A stretch of 63,773 bases of DNA, filler included, from Asterionella formosa (GCA_002256025.1; 4 parts of 4 records of this genome joined end to end with filler, not necessarily neighbours in it); one strand, 5' to 3'. Counted from the whole stretch's first letter, positions 23,601 to 36,870 are shown. Notes: generated from the letters alone by a model not told the origin. Numbers and translations: made by a program.

Positions 23601-24654
23601 ATCATTATGAACAATCATATCTTCTGTTCTTGTTGATGGAATCTGGTTTAATCGTTTGCAAAATCATAATCTCCCAGCTCTTGTGAATATTTGGAGCATC
23701 TGCAATGATTGAAATGAATGTTGGAATGTCCGTGTTTAGTCGAACAAATTGATCAAATGTAGTGAAATAGCGGTATGGTAGACGAGGGTCAAAAGCAGTT
23801 TTAACTGGGTGGTGCGTAAATTTTACATTGGGATACCAGTACCGGTAGTCTACTACCTCCTGGTACTCGGTGTAATGGTGCCACCGCCACAATACCTCCC
23901 GACATTTGAAATTACATACCGTCCATTTGCAAACGGCACATACCAGATAGAAGACCTAGCTTGACGATAGAGCGGTATCCTATATTATTATAACTGTAAA
24001 TGTCGCCTTTTGCTTTGATTTAAGTCATAAATGCAGACTGTTCTAGATACATTTTTCACATATATATATGATACCCCCATGTAAATACAGTACCAGGTAC
24101 CGCTGTCTAACCACAGCTGTACGCAAGAAGTATTTGTATCGAGATGCATTATAATGACGTACTGGTATCAGGTACTTGTACCGGTAGTCCCAAGACAGCG
24201 ACGATATTGTCGCATGGGAGGAGAAGAACGGAACTTCACGACTGCCATCGTCTGTGCGTTGTCACGGGAGTCTTGCTAATCGAAAGAATACTTACTATGA
24301 TATCATGAGATTGAAAAAAGCTTTTGGTCGTATTCCAGTAGATACAACCGGTACATTTTTTGTCATGGGGTGCCAACCGTATTGGTATATTCCTAAGAGT
24401 TCCGGTGTGGTACCCTGGTACATACATATAACCTGTGGCGAGCACTCGTCATTTTATTCGTTGTAGAAAGTCGGCTGATTCACATTAAAAATTGAATTAG
24501 TTCGGCACTCTGCCCGGCATTCTTTCGCAGTACAAAACACTCCACACATTTCAGTTGCCGCTACATTGTGGAAGTCATAGACAACCAACTCGTTGATCCA
24601 CCTCTCTACGTTTCAATTCGACTACTACACGTAGCTCTAGAAAGGGTAAAGATC

Positions 24655-25925
24655 ATGGCAAAGGGAGGCGAAGGTGCCAAGAGACCGCCAGCTGCCGATG
24701 ACGCTGCTAAAAGTGTTAGCGAAATGCCCAAGACTGAGCTGGCCCTGAAGCAAGAGCTCCTGCTGAAAACAGAGCCAGGCTTTTATTGGCGTCAAGATGG
24801 AGACCCTCATGCGCTTCGGTACGTGAATTCCTTTTCTTGTGCGGAGTAACTGCCGTCAATGACTCATTGCTGAGTTGCTTTCAGCATGCTTCTCATTTGT
24901 CAATTTGAATCTTGCATTAACTGTCACCTGCAATCAACTCACCCAACAATGGCCACCGGTATTCATTATCGGGATCTCACGCCAACAGGACCAAACAAAT
25001 ACTGATTGCTCACCCCGAAGTCAACAAGCTCATGGGTCACGACCCAATGACCAAGTGGAAGCTCTTTGTTTACTTTGGCATTCAGTTTGCCTCGTTGGAA
25101 ATTCTCATTGGCGCTCCGTGGTACGTTTGGGCATTTTGTTGCTGCACCATTTGCGCAACAATGAACAATTCGCTTCCTCTAGCTTTCCACGAAATGTCGC
25201 ACAACCTCGGTGCCAAGAAGATGTGGCACAACCGGATATTGGCCATCATTTCGAACCTTCCAATGGCCATTCCTGCGGCGTCCACTTTTAGACGTTATCA
25301 TATTGAACATCATAAGTTTCAAGGAGAGCATATTGTCGATGTGGATATTCCATCCAATTGGGAAGGGCAAGTCTTTACAGCAAACACGATATCCAAGGCA
25401 ATATGGATGTTCTTCCAACCAGCTTGGTATTCTCTGCGTCCATTGGTTACGAACCCCAAGGATGTCACGTTTTGGGAGTTGGCCAACTACGCCGCGTCAA
25501 TTGCCTTTGATGTGCTCTTGTACTCGAGGTATGGAATTTCTGGCCTGCTGTACTTGGCCATCGGATCCTTAGTGGGCATGCAATTTCATCCAACGGCAGG
25601 ACACTTTATTTCGGAACACTTCATCTTTCATGACAATCAAGAAACCTACTCCTACTATGGACCTCTTAATTGGTTGACCTTTCACGTGGGATATCATAAT
25701 GAACATCATGACTTCCCTTATGTCACTGGGAAGAACTTGCACAAGCTAAGATTGGCAGCCCCGGAGTTTTATGATACGCTACCTCATTATCATTCATGGG
25801 CCAAAGTATTGATTGACTTTTTGATGGATGAAAACTTGTCACCCTTTTCACGTTTCAAGCGGGCAACTATGTTGGACAGTGAAGTAAAGGAACTTCAGGC
25901 CAAGGGTGGGTTGGTGCCCAGGTAA
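24655..25925 (+). CDS. DEGS1: Sphingolipid delta-4 desaturase (dihydroceramide desaturase)
   Basis: Exon 1 24655-24818 and intron 24819-24988 (GTACGT...CAG) give PHALRTKQILIAHPEVNKLMGHDP. Three His boxes HEMSH, HIEHH and HNEHH, plus HPTAGHFISEH and QETYSYYGPLN. Confidence 0.93.
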
Positions 25926-26229
25926 ACGACCTGTCGTGGAATTGTGGTCTTTGTTCATGTGTAAGTGATATATACTCCTTTTGTTAAAAATAGGGGAACT
26001 AATTGCTTGACCTTCAAATCAGAAGTTAGTTTCCTGATTCATTTGCTGTCCGTTTAATTACCCGTCACCATTCTGAAGGGGAATCTACTTTATATAGCTA
26101 TAATTGAGACTTATTCATTACTAAAGGCTACTTGTCAATAACACTGAGTTTTCTTTCCATTTCATTTCACTTCTCTCGCCTGACACTCACTAATAAAATG
26201 CTACATATCAATAGCACAGGGATTTCTTT

Positions 26230-28003
26230 TCATCCCGTTTCACTGCTCTCTCCTGATACTCCGCAGATTCCACCGAAGTGGTGTTGCTTTGTCTCGCTCA
26301 TGCTTACCAAGGATTGAATAGTCATCAATACTGCGCTGAGCAAAACAACTATACCGATAGAAAAAGCAATAAATGAGTTTCGCCGTAACTTCTTCATGAG
26401 ATATGAGAGACTCATTTGGCCAACACATGTCGCCGAAAATCCTACGATGAGACACACAGTGGCATAGTCTGGCAACAACAAGCCAAAAACGATAAACGAT
26501 GTCGTTGCGGTGAAACTTGTAAATAGGATCATGCAGGCACTGGTGGCACACCCGACCATGGGGTGGATACCCATGGCTAACATGAGAGGGCCTGCAAATG
26601 TAAGGTAAGATTACAAGATCTTGGCTAAACAGATTGGCTTGGATGTATCAGCACTACATCAGGACCACACCCTTACCTTTGACAATTCCACCTCCAATTC
26701 CAAACATTCCTGCAAAAACACCATGGTTAGAAGACAGCCAAGCCACGGCACAACAGTGACCAAAATAAAGGGAAAGGACGAAATCTAAAAGGATCATTCC
26801 ATAGTCTTGAGACCGTCATATTCTTCCAATTCACTTACCAGCAAAGAACCCCGCAAAGCAGCAAACGGCAGGATAAACAATTGTGGCTCGACCGTCCCAT
26901 TGGATATCCCCTTCCACGTATTGGTATCCTAACCGACGCTTAGTCTCAAAGCGCTTCACCAGGTAGTTTCGGGCAAAGAAAGAGGTTAAAAAGATCCATC
27001 CAAACATAATGGCGTTGGCAATCCAGAATGAGCTTGAGCCACAAATAATTCCAAGTGGAGATATAAAAGCGCCACCTCCTTTCATCAAATTAATGGCTAA
27101 CACGACAAGGAACAAGGTGATCAACATGTATACATTTGACTTGGGAGTCTTACGTTCGTCTTCTAAAATTTGGGCCAATTCATCGCCCACTTCTAGCTTG
27201 CTCGATTTAATAGAGTCAACTTGATCCTCGCCTTTCTGGATGTCCAGATGTTCCATACATCCGTAGACTTGATACGCTTCATCATTCAATAACTTCGCCA
27301 ATTCATTTGAATTCTCCGTTTCATGCAATTGATGACTTTCAGCTTTGTACATTTTGACAGCTCGAGCCAGGCTAGTATATGCCGTAACGGAGAGGAGCAG
27401 AACTAGCATGACGACCAACACCTTTGACGGTAAAATCTTATTCAACAAAGCTCCAATCAAGGCTCCCGCAATCGTCAATGGTTCCATGACTAAAATTAGA
27501 TCCCAGTCTACCAATGGTCGATCTGCTAGTGGATGTCGTTTGTTGGCATTGAGTACGGCGTTGGCAACTGCACCACCGAAGACTGTCACATTCGACAAGG
27601 GAATGGCGTGTTTGGGAGAAAATCCCATAACTAAAATGAAAATGGGCACTAATATGCCACCACCTCCAATGCCTCCTCCCGCAGCTATCATGAGCCCAAG
27701 GACAGCACAAATAACGCCAGCATAGTCGCTGGAATCCAGGGGGAAAAGGACTTTGTGTTCATCAAAGTCGATTTGTAGTGATCGTATCCTTGAATTATGA
27801 GTTGGCGTAGTGGGCGATTGAAGAAACATAATCATCAGGACGAAAAGTTGGAGTAAAACGAGAACCAAAAAGAAAATCTTTACACGAGCAGCTGTAATAA
27901 ATTCTTCATCACGACGAATTTGGGAATTCACTGGACATTGGGGATGAGGATTTTGGTGTCTGTGTCTTTCATTGAGTGACAGATCTTCTCCGGCTGCTTT
28001 CAT
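26230..28003 (-). CDS. TauE/SafE (TSUP) sulfite-exporter family membrane protein, copy A
   Basis: AAGGGIGGGGILVP, RHPLADRPLVDWDLILVMEP, AGMFGIGGGIVKGPLML. Exons 28003-26839, 26709-26677 and 26591-26230 with GT-AG introns. Confidence 0.9.
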
Positions 28004-28685
28004 GTTGCAGTAAACACAAGGATGAGAGGGAGTGAAACAGTACAGATATTTATGCATATATAGAGAATGTGGTTTGTTGCAAATCTTGCTCTCAGCTATC
28101 CTTTTTTGATGGAAATCTGTCAAATTGTGAATGTTGATTTATCGTTTTACTAAAATCTTCTCGTGATGGCCAGAGTAATTGCTTGATGAAATAATCATGA
28201 ATATTATTAAATCTCACGTCTCAAAATCCACGTTGCTAAGACAAGGTCCTAGGAGAACCCTGGTACTGGTACCCGTATGTACTGACATACCGCTAGGTCA
28301 ACAGTTCCACTAGAAATACCTGGGAGTACCTGGTACCAGATAACCTATGTACCGGTACCAGGTACCTGGTACTACTTGGAACACCTTCACATAATATGTA
28401 AGACACATACCAATATGTACATTTATTTTTCCTCCATTTACCGGTATTCGTGTACAGGTACCGTGCACGTATAAACTAAAAATATAGAGCGATGATTCTA
28501 TTTCCGATAGCTAGCTGCTGCATAAATATATAGAACTGCTTATGATGGACACGATAGACTACGACAAAACGGTATGCTGTGCGATGTCAGTTAACTGGTT
28601 CGGCATTGTTCCCGAAGCATGGCGCAGCATTCCGTAGTCCTAGAACTTGCATAAATTTTAGAATAACTAATTAATTTTTATACTA

Positions 28686-29729
28686 GGAAAAAGATATTTC
28701 GTCCCCCTCTTTTTGATAAACCCTTTGCTCTTAAACCCTAGCCTACATAGCCTTCATATAAACGACCAATATTTTTTGTCACACGAAACTCAGTTGGCTC
28801 GACGACACTTGAAATCATTATGGAACTGGCAGTAGAAATACTTTCCGACCATGGGATTCTTCTTCGCTTTCTGAATCGCTACTAGATCCGTTATCACCTT
28901 GGTAATGCATGGGTTCGTTCTTTGACTTCTTTAACTATCTCCTCAAATGCCTCTTTTAATGACTTAATGTCATAATCAGGTTGATAACTGTCATTCCTAT
29001 CATTCACTGTTGCTTTCTGTTTCACCTTCACTTTCATTCTCCAAGAAAGCATCCATGATCTGTGCAATTTCTTCTGGTCGTCGGTTCTTCATCATTTGAC
29101 TTCGAGTGTCATTCAGATTGCGCTTTGCTGATTGCAGTTCATGTTCATCCAACCGATTTTGTGCTTTCAACAATTGCAGTTTATACACTCTATATTCCTG
29201 TATATCAACCCCACAAAATATGTTCCAAATGAACTGCAAGCTGAGCAGCATCAGATCCATTGATGATTCCAGTCATTGCATCAGCTTCCCAAAGATTTCG
29301 CACTGAGTTGACACAACATTGTTGGGGGGTACTATCGCTTTCCCTCTGTTGGTCGTTTTAGGGAAGCCAGAGAAGATGATGATGTCCACATTAATCTCGA
29401 CTTGACATCATCTATACTGAGGGTCGATGGGTGATTGTTCAACTGCGCAAATGAGCTCTGTATCATCGAATTACAGCGCCGAAGAACGCCTGTAAAGGGC
29501 CGTCCCATCACTCTTCTGTATTGTCCTCAATATGCTCCGACAGCTTTGGTTGAGGCATCAAAGTCGATTCGAACGCAATGATGTGCATGTGTATGAGAAG
29601 CAGCCATCACGGCAGTGTCATCGAGCCATCTGAGTTCCGTGTGGCAAAAAATATTGGTGGTTTATATGAAGGCTGTGTAGGCTAGGGTTTAAGGATTTAT
29701 CAAAAGAGGGGGACGAAATATCCTTTTCC
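28686..29729. mobile_element. Non-autonomous TIR element (~1.05 kb) with ~125-bp terminal inverted repeats
   Basis: Left end ggaaaaagatatttcgtccccctctttttgataaa...taaaccctagcctacatagccttcatataaac...gaaactcagttggctcgacgacact mirrors right end agtgtcatcgagccatctgagttcc...tttatatgaaggctgtgtaggctagggtttaa...tttatcaaaagagggggacgaaatatccttttcc. TA flanks both ends. Interior holds a broken coding remnant (29000-29260). Confidence 0.75.
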
Positions 29730-30690
29730 TAATTATATCTTGTTTTCCATACATGTTCCTATAGTGACATGATGATCACCTTGTAGCTCATGGATACCAG
29801 ATTTTCTTTTAACTTGTTGTGGTGGAACAAATCTGCTTCCCTTAGAACAAAATAGTTTCATAGGGCAGATATTCATTTTGAAGTCAGTGCTTACTGCCTT
29901 CTAGAATTGAAACAACTCCTGAGTTTGTTCTTGGAGCTGATTACCATAGATATACTGGTAGTTGCATTAAGTCACAGAGCAATTATGTTAACTAACCATG
30001 GTGAAATCAGCCTCCAGTTGCCTAGCAGCCTCCAGTTGCCTAGCAACTGTAATTAGAATATTGACATCCTTGGTAGTAGCTGCTGCTAGTCATTAAACCA
30101 ATGAAAACATTATGGTTGGCATTCATTGCATTATCATGGATGTCTAGGAGAGGGTTTCAAATCATGACCGAAAAGTAGTATGAAATCGTACACAGGAAGA
30201 AGCAGTAGAAAGGTACATGCAATACCTGTAATACTTTCCTTGTGCTCAAGTACCCGGTATTGTCCTTTATGAACACACTGTAAATGTTTGGCACTACCTG
30301 GTACCGTAGTCTTTTCTCCATACCGGTACAGGTAGCACCGAAACGATCTCCTTCGTTGGTATTGCTCTCGATCCATGCTTGCTGCTCAAATTGAGACGTA
30401 CACAGACAACTAACCTCGATCGGATTTTCAACGAACCAGACAAGCTGACAAATCTTTGTGACCAGCCACAGTCCGAACACAGTACCAGGTACCAGGTACC
30501 TGGTACAGGTATGGTAACCTGGTAATGATAAATAAGAACTCATCGTCCCGGGACAAGAAGGACAATACATATTGGCAATGACGATGATGGATTGAAACCT
30601 TTGTAATTCATATTTTGTTTCTATTTAAAGGCTTATCTAAGCAACCTGCCACTATACTATTGCGACCCTTTGCTGGCTAAGAATTCCAGT

Positions 30691-31852
30691 ATGATTGCGT
30701 TCGAAGGAGTTCGTGCAGTGAACGAAGAACAGCAGACGTCGCAGCTGAAATCTGACACAAAAATTCCAGCCAGTACTGGAATCAAGTCGTTGCTCCTTGC
30801 GTGGGTTCTCTTGACTACAATCGCTCTTTCTGTTTCATATCATTTGATAAATAACACGACATTTTACGAACGCGAATCATGGGTCCGATCACTTCAAAAG
30901 CACGGAGAATACGTCTTTAGCGAACACAAGGCACTCCGTCCTTTGGATTCCAGCGACTATGCTGGCGTTATTTGTGCTGTCCTTGGGCTCATGATAGCTG
31001 CGGGAGGAGGTATTGGAGGTGGCGGCATATTAGTACCCATTTTCATTTTAGTTATGGGATTTTCTCCCAAGCACGCCATTCCCTTATCGAATGTGACAGT
31101 CTTTGGTGGCGCAGTTGCCAACGCCGTACTCAATGCCAACAAACGACATCCTCTAACAGATCGACCTTTGGTAGATTGGGATCTCATTTTAGTCATGGAG
31201 CCTTTGACAATAGCGGGGGCCTTGATCGGAGCGTTTTTGAATAAGATTTTACCGTCCGAGCTGTTGGTTGTGATGTTGGTTCTGCTACTAGCCTTTACGG
31301 CATATACTAGCTTGGCTCAGGCAGTCAAGATGTACAGAGCTGAAACTCGACATTTGCGCGCCTTAGCTGCAGAAAGCGAACTAACGAAAATAGTGCACGA
31401 AGAGGAAGACGCGGACCAAGAGGAAGCATTGTTAGAGCATATGGAACTCCAAGAAGGCGAAAATCCAGGTGATGGTACTTTGACGGACATAAACTTTAAA
31501 GTGGAAGGCGAGTTGGCCCAAATTTTGGAAGAAGAAAGGAAGACACCAATGTCAAATGTTTATATGTTGGTTAGCATGTTTATTGTCGTTTTGTTCATCA
31601 ACGTAATGAAAGGAGGTGGTGCGTTTCGATCGCCCCTTGGTATTCGCTGCGGCTCAAACTCGTTCTGGGTTGCCAACGCCGTTATGCTTGGTTGGATACT
31701 TGTTACCTCTTTCTTTGCCCGGAACATCCTGGTTCAACGCTTCGAGACAAAGCGTCGTGTTGGATACCAATATGTGGAAGGGGACATTCAATGGGACGGT
31801 CGAGCCACAATTGTTTATCCTGCCGTTTGCTGCTTTGCGGGGTTCTTTGCAG
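30691..31852 (+). CDS. TauE/SafE family membrane protein, copy B (3' exons lost in the scaffold gap)
   Basis: Near-identical to copy A from LDSSDYAGVICAVLGL onward. The donor G|GTATGT at 31853 sits at the same position as the first intron of copy A. The gap starts at 31886. Confidence 0.88.
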
Positions 31853-31989
31853 GTATGTTTGATGAGGAGCAAAGGAATATGGAATNNNNNNNNNNNNNNN
31901 NNNNNNNNNNNNNNNNNNNNNNNNNNNNNTTAATTAATTAANNNNNNNNNNNNNNNNNNNNNNNNNNNNNNNNNNNNNNNNNNNNCAGT

Positions 31990-32470
31990 TGCACTACAAT
32001 TGGTATAAAACATTGTCAAGATGTTAAGACAGGCTAGAATTGACTTCTTGAGGCATCTACAATTCAATTGGCGTCATCAACACCAATTGAATTGGCATTG
32101 ACATGAATTTAATTGCCTCAGAAATAAAGCGAAGTCAGTCAATCCAGTATTGACCATGAGGGGGTAATGGCCTTCACACCATCATCACCAATCGAATTGG
32201 TATTGAGATCAAGTGTAGTCATGACAGTAAGGGCCTTGAAGGCCTGTGTTGATATTGACCTTGATGGGGTAATGGCCTTCGCATCATCATCACCAATTGA
32301 GTTGGCATTGAGATCAAGTGTATTCACGACAGCATCGACCTTGAAGACATGTGTTAATGGTCTCGATGCCATCAAGACCAATAGAATTAAAGTCGAAACC
32401 AACTGTAGTCAATTCAGCATTGGCCTTGACAGCCTCTACAATTAGCCTTGGCACCGACAACATCAATTGA
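31990..32470 (-). pseudogene. Degenerate RI-like leucine-rich-repeat fragments
   Basis: LDLNANSIGDDDAKAI and LDLNTNSIGDDGVKAI repeats with further broken copies on both sides. No intact long ORF. Confidence 0.6.
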
Positions 32471-32944
32471 ATTCTTTGGTACATCAAGTTTCGCCGCGAC
32501 GCCGCTCAAAATAGCCGAAAATTTGAGCGCATGCCGTTTTTACGCAGTACCAGTACGTAAAAACGATTTGAACAACGACACCGGTCAATGACGTTCGTTT
32601 TCGTACAAAGCGACTCCATCAGTCGCCATGACTGCAGGTATGTTCGAACAGCACAAAGGATGTCCTGTTACGGGTTTCGATACCAGTACCCAAGTTGAGA
32701 TTGATCGTTGTGGGTAAATTACGTGGAAATACTACAGAGCATTTTCTACACATGCAGCGACATAAAACAATAGCAAAAAAAAGATGGCGTGTTACCGTAA
32801 TAGACTAGCGATGTACCGGTACCCACATTGATATACCGCCAAGCAAGGAATTTTTGGGTTGATATAGAGGAGAAACTATATATTAACTTAAATTATAGAC
32901 GAAACTTGTTTACATCCCAACCCGGTGGTTTGAAAACCACTGGG

Positions 32945-34119
32945 ATGGAAGATATCTCAGATGAAAGCGAAGAAGTGGCTGACGAAGATGACAGTCCCAA
33001 TCACAGTCACAGTCATAACGACAGTGACAGTACTGACAGTTCTGGTATCGAAAAACAGCCTCAATTTGAAGAGGGTAACGAGAATGCCTTCAACAGCTGT
33101 GATATCGAAGAAATTGAAGGTGTAATGAACTGTCATAGAAGAGCCTGGTATCTTGGAAAGCGAGGTTCTTTTAGCACTTGATGACGGTGTTTTCTTCAAT
33201 CCACCAAGTGAAACAAAAGTCGAGGTGTGGGTGAATAATTATTTTGCTACAGATGTCAAGATAGGGGAGGTTGAAGGTATCCTTTGCGATTTGGGAAAAC
33301 GGAATTTTGGAGGTGGCGGGAGTCTCATGTGGTTATCAAAAGATCGTCCATACCTTAGAGCTGATCGCATTAGAGTTACAAAGAAAAGATGCACATTTTT
33401 CCATTCCAGTAAATGTCCCTTTGTAATTCGGGAATTATTCAATACCAAAACAAATTTGACCACAATTGAGAGTGGTGACTTAAAACACACACAACCCAAT
33501 GTTGTAAAGGATGACATAAGAAAATGTTTTCACAAATACTATCAGTTATCAGTATGTGTTAATTAGTTCCCTGAATAAATTGAACATGAAACCAGCACAT
33601 TACATTGCTGAGGCTAGGGCAAAAGGAATTCCTGTTGATGAAAAATTGAAAAAGTGCATGAAACAACAACTCACTTGCTTACGCAATAAATCGGTTGGGC
33701 TAATAAATGGTCAAGGCAATAACTGGGGAGGAATCGCTGCTGTCCTTGAATTGTATAAGAAGGAAAATATCTTTAATTTTACACAACATTCGATGTACCT
33801 ACTTGGCATAGACTGTCGACCAGAAGACGACTCGTTGGTAGCTGTACTAACAACCGAGAATTTGTTGCTGAATGCGTACAGACAGCAATTCTGGGGCAAT
33901 CCAATCTTCTTTGCTGCTGATGCATCTTACAAACTGACACAAGAAGGAAACGGCGTTTTTTCAGTTATTACAACCAACTTGGCTCAACAAACAAAAACGA
34001 TTGCATATGGAGTGATAAGCCATGAACACCACAAAGCACAAAGATTCATATTTGCGCCGATTAAGTCTGCCTTGGAAGAGATCGTTAGATATAGGAAAAC
34101 TAATGATATTCCTATCTAG
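32945..34119 (+). mobile_element. Mutator-like transposase N-terminal half (Zn-finger-like DNA-binding region plus first catalytic Asp), frameshifted
   Basis: Acidic N-terminus MEDISDESEE. C..C...H motif CTFFHSSKCPF...GDLKH. LTTENLLLNAYRQ..IFFAADASYKL...TIAYGVISHE matches the MULE D1 region. Stops about 30 aa later. Frame changes near 33130 and 33500-33566. Confidence 0.7.
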
Positions 34120-34202
34120 TAATGATAACTTTTATAAACAGCACTACTACTAGTGCTTTTCCAAATTTATAATCCTTTAATATCTAAGTTACCCCCACGT
34201 TA

Positions 34203-35691
34203 TCATCCTTTAATATCTAAGTTACCTCCACGTTTCGCATTTTTGATTGTTCCAGAACCTTTATTCTTAATACTAGGCTTTGGATGCATTTCATTTGGAA
34301 AGGTAGAAATAATTCCACGGTCAAATGCAAAAGCACATGCATGTTTACACCACGTGTTCGCTAAATGCGCGTGACAATGGCAAGATATGAGGCCTTCATT
34401 GCCCATTGCTTTCAAGCTATTAATCGAAATGGTTCCCAATCCACACGCTCCCAAAATTTCTAAAAAGTTAGTTAGAGCAGCATCATCGTTTTCACTCTTG
34501 GAAACAATAGGTTCAATTAGGTGAAACCTGCGGGTGAGGGAAAGGACATCATCAAAGGTGTGGTTAGCAGAATACTGTTCAGGATTTCGGAGAAGGCGCT
34601 TGTATTCATCATGCATTTTGTTCTTCTTTATCAATTGCATAACAGTTAGTGCAGTAACTGATTCTGTGTTCCCGATATCAAGATATCTCTTTCGAGATTG
34701 GGATAGTTGAATGTGCTGTGACAATGCAGTTGCAGTATTCTGGGACTGCATTGTTTGCATAGAGGACATAATATTTAGGTCCACAAATGACGATGTCGCA
34801 ATCAACAATGAACCCTCTCCGATTCTAATTGAATCACACTTGAAATCAAATGTCACTGTGAGAAATGTAACTTCTTCCCCATTTTGGCTTTTCTCAAGAA
34901 GCTAATAAATGGACTTGTAGAAATTTATCGAGTGTACCGATGAGTGTAAAGTAAAGAAAAATGATAGATCCCCTTTGGAACAATCCTCTAACATGTAAGA
35001 CATGTTATGAATGAAGTTAGCCGTTAAAGGCTTCCTGTGTTCAAAGAATGATTTATCAACACTGTTGATGCCCTCTGAATTGTTGTTGTGTGCAGGCAAA
35101 CCACCACGAAGTAGATTGGAACTGTTCAATTCAATTCTGGTGTGAATGGTGGGACCCCATTGTTTCAACCATGCAGTTGCAACTTTCTTTTCCTTGTATG
35201 TGTTAATCCACTTGAAAATCACCAAATCGCGGATGATTGGAACTAGCTGTATCCAGGGACTTCTTTATACGCCTCGAAGTCTTCACCCATTCTCTTCTTG
35301 TTTTTGTCGTATTTCTTGAACTTTCCTCTATGCTTCTTTACCCATGCATTCCAGGCATGATAAGAGCACATACCAAATCTAAATTCGGCATTTGGCCAAA
35401 TCTTTTTGACAGCCTTGCGACAAGCTAAAGTATAATCAGTCATCGTCTGTATGATAAAGTCTGGTGAGTCCGGTTCCCAGCACCAAGGAGTGTCGCCATG
35501 GGGAAGAGGAAAATTGTCAGTGTGTGCTGGAGTGTCGCCTGCAGGTGACAATGGCAGGATGGAAAAGTTAATGGGATCTACCCTTTTTTCCCAGAAGAGG
35601 AGGAAGCACTATCATCTGACGAACTATCTCCTGAACTCTGCAAGATGCTATCATCCTCCTCATTGTGAGATGATTTGGAAGAACTAGACAT
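34203..35691 (-). mobile_element. Mutator-like transposase C-terminal half (second Asp, CxxH, Glu, SWIM zinc finger), disrupted
   Basis: Own Ser/acidic N-terminus from ATG 35691, then MTDY..A..KAV..IWP.....GMCSYH, HNNNSEGIN and SWIM CHC.......CKH. Frameshifts near 35580 and 35240, and an in-frame stop at 34902-34904. Confidence 0.75.
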
Positions 35692-36526
35692 TTCGTATTT
35701 GTGGAGCGACTTTTGATACAAAGTAATTCATGGATACACATGACAATTCCAAATATAATGCCGATATGATGTATGATGTGGACTTTTATTGCCAAGTAGC
35801 TAGTAATGACAGACCTACAGGATTACATGTGAATTCCAACTGCTGGTACAACACATGTATATAGTGATGCATATTATATACCGGTATGCTTGGCATACAT
35901 ACTACTGGTTACGTACTACCAGTACTTGCATGTGTGTTTGTACAGCTGCCTGTGGTATGGGGTCGATGAGACAGCAACTCCATCGTGACCATGACGAAAT
36001 TATGGGTCTGAATATCTTCACGAATATTGACAATGAAAAATTCCTATTTCGCAGGTGTATGTAGACTAACATAGACGAGATTATCGTTCAATAAGAAAAA
36101 TTTTTGCACTAGTATTGACAACAAAAAGATAAAATCGGCGCTGGAAATTGTTTTTGGTCGTCGTTTGCTCAGTTTTGAAGTTATGACCTAAGTAGCGTCA
36201 GTTTTGAGTCCGCGATGATCAGTTTGATAACTTTGACTAGATAAGGTTTTCTATGTTTTGTAGAAATAGATGAGAAAACCTGAGCAACAGTATTCTTGGA
36301 GAAGGTACAACATTTCAAGATGCAACAAATTCCTCTACGTCAGTTTTGTAGTGAGTTTCGTGTAGGCACTAATTGTCATGGTACATATTTCTATGGAATC
36401 TTGATAAGGTCATTTGACAGCTTACTATAGACATACTTTCAGTCACTCAACAATAGACTGCTTGTTCTTTACACGAATATAAACTTCGCATCGTGGAAAT
36501 GATCACGAACTCCCCTGACTGACAGT

Positions 36527-36870
36527 TTATGCATTTTCCGACACTTTTATGCTGAAAATGTATTCTTTCGATGCATTCTTTCCATATGGAAAGTTGGGCT
36601 TGACTCCTCCTCCTTTCATTGTCAGGTACACAAACTCATGCCGACCACTTCCTTTCTCACGATGACCATGCCAATACATGCCAACCAGAAGATTTTCCAC
36701 CAGAACAACTTTATTTGCCTCTCTTCCTCCTGTCTTTCCATGAATTTTAAAAATCGTTCTTGTCAACATAGTCTTGGTGAACTTCATGTCATCTTTGACA
36801 TTGAATCTAAGGTGCATGTGGTCTCATAGGAGCTCAATTGGAATCCATTTCTGTTGGTAGGAACTTTCTG
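36527..36870 (-). pseudogene. Decayed ORF remnant of unknown product, possibly a third gene of the Mutator-like element
   Basis: Reads SSYQQKWIPIELL*DHMHLRFNVKDDMKFTK...HEFVYLT in one frame across a TGA (likely CGA>TGA). Lies next to the transposase halves. Confidence 0.3.

Noticed and set aside
32480..36230. TIRs bounding the split Mutator-like element
   Set aside because: Only a weak partial match (cgcg...ctcaaaa) between ~32490 and ~36210, which is not enough to call termini.
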